Shown: positions 59,041 to 64,000 of the stretch, in pieces
Position numbering within the stretch: position 1 is the stretch's first letter
Layout: each line of letters opens with the position of its first letter
Assembly (NCBI GenBank): GCA_034189385.1
Contig: JAXHVD010000002.1
Location: forward strand, 29,662-93,661
Direction: 5' to 3'
Length of the DNA: 64,000 bases
Source of the DNA: Thermodesulfobacteriota bacterium
Lineage (GTDB): Bacteria > Desulfobacterota > Desulfobacteria > Desulfobacterales > C00003060
Translations under genes and position numbers: made by a program
Notes under the pieces: generated by a model
What the model was told of the DNA's origin: nothing
Databases searched by the model: none
What the model saw: the letters and a program-made list of their open reading frames with translations, nothing else

Positions 59041-60429
59041 CTAGATCTTTGCCTCCAGCGGCAGTGTTATCGTGAATGTGGTTCCGGCCCTCTCCTCGCT
59101 TTCAACCACAATCTTGCCACCATGGGCTTTGACAATGTCATAGGTAATGCTAAGGCCGAGTCCAGTCCCCTGTCCCACCGGCTTGGTAGTGAAGAAAGGG
59201 TCAAACACCTTGAAAAGATCCCTCTTAGGAATACCGCACCCTGTATCGGAAATGGATAACTCCACGCATTTGTCATCTGCCCGATTTCCTTTTTGTTTGT
59301 AGCTCCCAGCTATCGTGATAGTCCCCTTTGCTTCAATGGCCTGAGCCGCATTAACCAGTATATTCATAAAGACCTGGCTCACCTTGTGAGGGAAGCACTT
59401 GACCTTAGGGAGTTCATCAAAGTTTATGACAATCTCCACCTTATACTTGAGTTCGTTGTGTATGATGTTCAGAGTGGCATCCATGACCTCTTTGATGTCG
59501 ACATACTTCAGCTCTTCCTGGTGAACCCTGGAAAACGTCTTAAGGTCCTTGACAATCTTGCCCACCCGTTCAGTTCCATCGAGGGATTCTTCTGCCAGAT
59601 TCACTAGGTCTTGCAGGATGAAGTCGATTTTTTGTCTTTCCTTAAAGTCTCTAATCTCTTCAAGAGAGTCTTGCCCCTTGCTCCAATGGCTTCGATCCAC
59701 AAGGGCTTCCAGCTGTTCATACTTCTCTAGAAGATCTCGAATTCTTACGCAATACTTTTTGATACTCGACAGGTTGCCGTTTATAAAGGAAATGGGGTTG
59801 TTCATTTCGTGGGCCACCCCGGCAGCAAGGGTACCGATAGAGGCCATCTTCTCAGATTGAACGAGAAGGGCTGTCTGCTGATCCACTTTCTCTTTCAGGT
59901 TTTTGTTGATGTCTTCCAGCTTACTAGAGAGCAACTCTCTTTCGGACTCAAGGTTCCACTGGTTGGTCAGGGCACGGGCGAATTGCTTTATCTCTCCAGG
60001 GTGGAAGGGCTTGCGGAGATAAAAGAGGTCATCCCGGCCAGTGACCCGGATGATGTCATCGGGTTTGAATTCGCTGAAGGCTGTGACAATGACAAGCTTT
60101 ATCCTAGGGTCCATCGCCCATATCCGCTTGGAAGTCTCAGCCCCATCAATACCCGGCATCCTCATGTCGATAAAGGCTGCGGCAAAATGGTGGTTATGGT
60201 CAACCGCCTTTTGAACTGCCTTGACTGCTTCTTCTCCTGTCTCAGCTAGAGTCAAATCATATTCCTTTTCGTCTCTGGAGACCAACTCCGCTGCTTCTGC
60301 TGGTTCGTCACGGGGAGAAACCGATTTGGCGGTCAGGCCCTCCGTGGGATTTGGGCCGAGAAAATACTTGTAGGAATGCCTAATCCCACGATCATCATCA
60401 ACAATCAGTATTCTGTTATTCTCTGTCAT
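59041..60429 (-). CDS. REC + NtrB-type histidine kinase (no sensor domain)
   Basis: ILIVDDD, FIDMRMP, KPF; AGVAHEMNNP, NAAQAI, DTGCG, FFTTKPVG.GTGLGL. Confidence 0.92.
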   Translation of the reverse strand: MTENNRILIVDDDRGIRHSYKYFLGPNPTEGLTAKSVSPRDEPAEAAELVSRDEKEYDLTLAETGEEAVKAVQKAVDHNHHFAAAFIDMRMPGIDGAETSKRIWAMDPRIKLVIVTAFSEFKPDDIIRVTGRDDLFYLRKPFHPGEIKQFARALTNQWNLESERELLSSKLEDINKNLKEKVDQQTALLVQSEKMASIGTLAAGVAHEMNNPISFINGNLSSIKKYCVRIRDLLEKYEQLEALVDRSHWSKGQDSLEEIRDFKERQKIDFILQDLVNLAEESLDGTERVGKIVKDLKTFSRVHQEELKYVDIKEVMDATLNIIHNELKYKVEIVINFDELPKVKCFPHKVSQVFMNILVNAAQAIEAKGTITIAGSYKQKGNRADDKCVELSISDTGCGIPKRDLFKVFDPFFTTKPVGQGTGLGLSITYDIVKAHGGKIVVESEERAGTTFTITLPLEAKI

Positions 60430-60745
60430 TTTCTCCCGCCTCTTGCTACTTGCCAGGACCAATAACATGGCAAGGTTGGGAATCTATACCTTGACCGACT
60501 GCGAATCGTCAAGGGGATCCCTGTGACAGTACAGAATGGCCCCTATCGAATCCTGACGAAGCCTCCTTGAGTGGCAGCCTCATAAAGAGTAGGCTTCCAT
60601 CAAGGGGGACAGATTCAGGATCGTTGTATCCAAGAAAATCCCCTGCTTTGTGAGTAAACAAAGTCAAAGGATGATGACCCGTGTATCTGCGAGTGTCGAG
60701 GAGGAGGTTTGGTTTTCTGTTGGAATGATCAATGGGGATTTGCGG

Positions 60746-60780
60746 AAAAAGCGCTCACAGGCAGGCGGGTGCCTGTGGGC
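60746..60780 (-). terminator. Rho-independent terminator of the small Cys-rich gene
   Basis: GCTCACAGGCA/TGCCTGTGGGC stem followed on the minus strand by GCTTTTT. Confidence 0.6.
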
Positions 60781-60834
60781 TCTATAGAAGTTGGAGGCCT
60801 AAGTGGGACTGGTGCGGCAGGTTACATCATCTTA

Positions 60835-61089
60835 CTAGTCGGCTGCAACTTCCCGGGAGGCAACCCTCTGTAACCTCGTAGGCTTCTTTAGCGCCATCTT
60901 GGCCTTATAGATTTCACATGCCTCATAGTTTTTCATGCAATAATGCACAACGTTTACTATTTTTTGGCTATTCATATTCTTACAATAGCACTGATCAAAA
61001 CGGCAGGCTATCAGAGGACACTGAGAGGTTACGTCCATCTTGTATAATTTAACCCTGGGCTTCTTTCCTTTTGTGATGTCTCTTGTCAT
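60835..61089 (-). CDS. Small six-cysteine hypothetical protein (84 aa)
   Basis: GAGGAGG RBS; CPLIACRFDQCYC..NSQ..YCMKNYEACEIY; has its own promoter and terminator. Confidence 0.75.
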   Translation of the reverse strand: MTRDITKGKKPRVKLYKMDVTSQCPLIACRFDQCYCKNMNSQKIVNVVHYCMKNYEACEIYKAKMALKKPTRLQRVASREVAAD

Positions 61090-61144
61090 TGACGATCCTC
61101 CTCGTGGCATATTCTTGTTCCTGTTCTGTTTATCATTCTCGTAA

Positions 61145-61282
61145 AGCCAGAAATGTGCCAAAGGGAAGATCTGTGTCTATCTTGTTGAAATATTAACGGA
61201 TATGAGATGTCGATGGGCCTAAATGGAGTCGGCGGCTCATCAAATTGACAGGGTGCTACCAGATGAGTCTATCAGGGTGAAA
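61145..61282 (-). promoter_or_regulatory. Sigma54 promoter with two upstream activator sites
   Basis: TGGCAC-ATTTC-TGGCT at 61160-61145; CATCAAATTGACA (61238-61250) and TATCAGGGTGAAA (61270-61282), 32 bp apart. Confidence 0.65.
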
Positions 61283-61323
61283 ACGAAGGGCCTGCAGTAG
61301 TACAAGACTCGGGACATGGTGGG

Positions 61324-62697
61324 CTAGCCACTGATGCCATATTTCTTTATCTTCCGATAAAGGGTGGCCTCTCCAATACCAAGGATCTCTGCCGCCCTTT
61401 TTCGGTTCTGACCACTCTTGCCCAGGGCATTCCGAATGGCCGCTTCTTCGTACGCATCCAGGCTATCTTCTGAGACACGAATGGTGTCCAGGGAAGGTTC
61501 TTCAGGGGAGAGATGAATATTCGAGGGTAAATCTTCAGGCATGATAGTTTGCCCCTTGCCTAAGGCTACGGCCCTGCGCAACACGTTTTCCAGTTCTCGT
61601 ATATTTCCAGGCCAGTTATGGTTTTCCAGGCAAATGAGGGCTTCCTTTGAGATCTCTTCCACAGGTGAGAAGTCTGTGGCAAAGCGCTTCAAAAAAAAGT
61701 TTGCCAGCAACGGTATATCTTCTCTGCGATCCCGGAGGGGCAAGACATTGATGGCAACCACGTTCAACCTGTAAAAGAGGTCTTCACGAAAATTTCCCAG
61801 AGAGACTTCCTCAGTCAGATCACGATTTGTTGCTGCCACAATCCTCACGTCTACGGGATAACTCGTGCTGCTGCCTACAGGTCGGACTTCTCTCTCCTGA
61901 ATGGTTCTCAAAAGCTTTGCCTGAATGGCCGGAGAGAGTTCACCCACCTCATCCAGAAATAGCGTCCCTTTGTCGGCTGAACGAATAAGCCCCAGGGTAG
62001 AGATATGAGCTCCAGTAAAGGCGCCCTTTAAGTGGCCGAAAAGCTCACTCTCTATAACTGTTTCACTAATGGCGGCACAATCAACAGGAACAAAGCTCTT
62101 CTCAGACCGCAGACTATGATAGTGGATCGCCCTGGCCACCAACTCCTTTCCCGTTCCAGTTTCCCCTTGAATAAGGACAGACGTATCCCCCGGTCCGATG
62201 TGAGCGATGGTCTCCTTCAATCTTAGCATGGCAGTGGCGTTACCGATCAGATGATCAAACCCGAACTGAGATTCTATCTTGTCTCTGAGGGCACGGTTTT
62301 CCTCCCTCAATGCCCATATGTTGTGTAGCTGAGCCACCCTAGCCCGCAACCCTTCAGGTGAAAAAGGCTTTTCCAGAAAATCATCTGCCCCCAGTTTCAT
62401 GGCCTCCACGGCCTCCTTAATCCCCCCGTGGCCCGTAAGCATAATCACCATAAGCGCCGGGGAGGCCTTTTTCATCTCTTTTAAGAGGGCAAATCCGTCC
62501 ATCCCCGGCATCTTGAGATCCACCAGTGCCGCGTCGATCCTTGCCTTGCCCATGATTTCAAGGGCATCCTCTCCGCTCTGGGCACTGTGAAGGTCATAAT
62601 CATCGTCAAAGAAGACCCTCTTCAGCGAGGAAATCACCGCAGGCTCGTCGTCAACCATGAGGAGGGAGAATCTGGAGGGGCTGACCATCATGTTCAT
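61324..62697 (-). CDS. Sigma54-dependent response regulator (REC-AAA+-Fis HTH)
   Basis: LVDLKMP, GETGTGKE, GAFTGA, FLDEVGE, FREDLFYRL, WPGNIRELEN, LGIGEATLYRKIK; start moved to ATG 62697. Confidence 0.96.
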   Translation of the reverse strand: MNMMVSPSRFSLLMVDDEPAVISSLKRVFFDDDYDLHSAQSGEDALEIMGKARIDAALVDLKMPGMDGFALLKEMKKASPALMVIMLTGHGGIKEAVEAMKLGADDFLEKPFSPEGLRARVAQLHNIWALREENRALRDKIESQFGFDHLIGNATAMLRLKETIAHIGPGDTSVLIQGETGTGKELVARAIHYHSLRSEKSFVPVDCAAISETVIESELFGHLKGAFTGAHISTLGLIRSADKGTLFLDEVGELSPAIQAKLLRTIQEREVRPVGSSTSYPVDVRIVAATNRDLTEEVSLGNFREDLFYRLNVVAINVLPLRDRREDIPLLANFFLKRFATDFSPVEEISKEALICLENHNWPGNIRELENVLRRAVALGKGQTIMPEDLPSNIHLSPEEPSLDTIRVSEDSLDAYEEAAIRNALGKSGQNRKRAAEILGIGEATLYRKIKKYGISG

Positions 62698-62704
62698 GTC
62701 AATA

Positions 62705-62757
62705 ATATTGCCATAAAATAGTAGGGATTTCAAGAAAAAACTATCATATTGATAGTT
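62705..62757 (-). promoter_or_regulatory. Promoter and perfect palindromic site upstream of the sigma54 regulator
   Basis: AACTATCA-TAT-TGATAGTT (62739-62757) just upstream of TTGAAA-N17-CAATAT (62733-62705), which ends 7 nt before the ATG. Confidence 0.65.
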
Positions 62758-62833
62758 CCGAGGCAAGGATCGTGTGCGCCTGAAAAAAAGAGGCCTTTGC
62801 AGCCCCGTGGAGATACCCAACGGGATGGGACGG

Positions 62834-63052
62834 TCAGAGCTGGGAATGGTTCTCTGACACCGTGTCGCCCTTTTCCTGAAAGTCAGGACAAGTGTGCGTG
62901 GGAAGAAGATACCAATCGTGGAGCGCGCAAATGCCGGCATCTCCTCGACAGGAACCGTGAACAGAACTTAAAATATTGATCCCTTTGAAAGTCTCTTCAA
63001 GCATCAGGGGGTCATTGTTGAAGTGTTTGCAGTGACCACATACACGACTCAT
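62834..63052 (-). CDS. Small Cys-rich protein coupled to the YeiH transporter (72 aa)
   Basis: ATGA overlap with the transporter stop; CGHCKHFNND..SS.HGSCRGDAGIC..HD..CPDF. Confidence 0.75.
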   Translation of the reverse strand: MSRVCGHCKHFNNDPLMLEETFKGINILSSVHGSCRGDAGICALHDWYLLPTHTCPDFQEKGDTVSENHSQL

Positions 63053-64000
63053 TTGATCGCCTGCCAATAATGACTGAATACCACCGTGGAAAGAAAGAAG
63101 CCCAGGGGGACGTTCACAATAACCCCAATGGTAAAGGCCCAAAAGGGTTTCATACCAAAGGTGAGCAAATCCTTAAACCTGGTAGACAGCCCGATACAAA
63201 GAAAGCAGAAGACAAAGGCCCAGGATCGAAGCTTCTTTATGGGGCCAATGGCCCTTGAATAGAGCTCGCTTTGAAACCAGTCCGACTTGTAGTGGAGGTC
63301 CTTTAGCGCCCACCCCTGATCTGCTGTTGTTGTTGCCGATGTCAGGTCGCTAAGCTCGTCCAATGACATCTTCCCTTTAAAGGTGATGACCGACCCCTCT
63401 GGATCATAGGCGAATTTGTGGGCAAGCTCTTCAGGCACCTGATAATCGGAAAAGTCAGCCTGATAGGCATGCTTCTGTGCCTTGGATTTGAACGTCCCTG
63501 CCACAGCGCTTTTACCCACGTGGTCCTTTGGGGCAAGGCCTGCAATAATACTCATGATGATACAGGCACTAAAGAAACCCAAAACGAATTTCGGAAACCG
63601 GTCCCATATAACACGGGCGCCGACGGTGGCGCCCTGGTCCCTTTCCCAGAAAGTACAAGAGACAACGGCGAGGACAAAGGCCCATATCCCTATCCAGATG
63701 TCCCTGCCGATAACCTTCATCAGCGTAAAGGCATGGATGGCGGCATCTCCGTATTCCGTGGCGATCTCTGCCACTACAGCAAACCCTGCAGCGTCGGCGT
63801 ATTCTGAGGTCCCAACCCAGGCACCTGCCTCTCCAGGTGTGATGGCATACCAGGGGGATGAGTCGGTCACAGGCACGCCAAGGGGAGGAATCATGAACTT
63901 GGTGACGATGGCTAGGGCGAAGACCATGACGATAGCCCAAACAGAGACCACTCCAATGCCGATAGCGATGTGATCCTTGTCAGCCCTTACGGCTCCGCCA
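63049..64000 (-). CDS. YeiH / putative sulfate exporter family membrane protein (partial, 5' end outside window)
   Basis: Frame open to the edge (GGAVRADKDH); AGAWVGTSEYADAAG, MKVIGRDIWIG, WDRFPKFVLGF, FLCIGLSTRF. Confidence 0.88.
   Translation of the reverse strand, partial: GGAVRADKDHIAIGIGVVSVWAIVMVFALAIVTKFMIPPLGVPVTDSSPWYAITPGEAGAWVGTSEYADAAGFAVVAEIATEYGDAAIHAFTLMKVIGRDIWIGIWAFVLAVVSCTFWERDQGATVGARVIWDRFPKFVLGFFSACIIMSIIAGLAPKDHVGKSAVAGTFKSKAQKHAYQADFSDYQVPEELAHKFAYDPEGSVITFKGKMSLDELSDLTSATTTADQGWALKDLHYKSDWFQSELYSRAIGPIKKLRSWAFVFCFLCIGLSTRFKDLLTFGMKPFWAFTIGVIVNVPLGFFLSTVVFSHYWQAIK

Overview
A gene-dense bacterial chromosomal window, most likely from a sulfate-reducing Desulfobacterota (Deltaproteobacteria). 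This is inferred from a tetraheme cytochrome c3, sigma54 circuitry, two-CW and Rossmann-type sensor kinases, and palindromic MITE-like elements. In order it contains: an outer-membrane beta-barrel cluster, a stand-alone GMP-synthase ATPPase subunit, a MacAB-type ABC exporter, a hybrid kinase, a thiolase-crotonase-acyl-CoA dehydrogenase-B12 mutase operon with isobutyryl-CoA mutase-type residues, purN, a B12 radical SAM enzyme, nupC, and glnK-amtB-porin. The best candidate for an undescribed system is at about 31.5-45.1 kb, possibly extending to 29.9 kb. There an OpuC-type ABC importer and a MarR repressor (with a shared candidate operator) sit next to a seven-gene operon. The operon encodes two C-terminally short, non-pyrrolysine MttB-like proteins, a pair of asparagine-synthetase homologues (one with a dead glutaminase domain), an orphan sarcosine-oxidase-beta/MgdA-like flavoprotein, a PhnP-like metallo-hydrolase and a NadE-glutaminase-like nitrilase, with no corrinoid protein. 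The rest of the window holds a decayed phage-like islet, an ECF sigma/anti-sigma module, map-queG-rnz, copZA, a self-contained sigma54 regulon for a small Cys-rich protein, and a partial YeiH transporter. No rRNA, tRNA or CRISPR array was recognised. All functional calls come from motif recognition by eye; no database searches were run.
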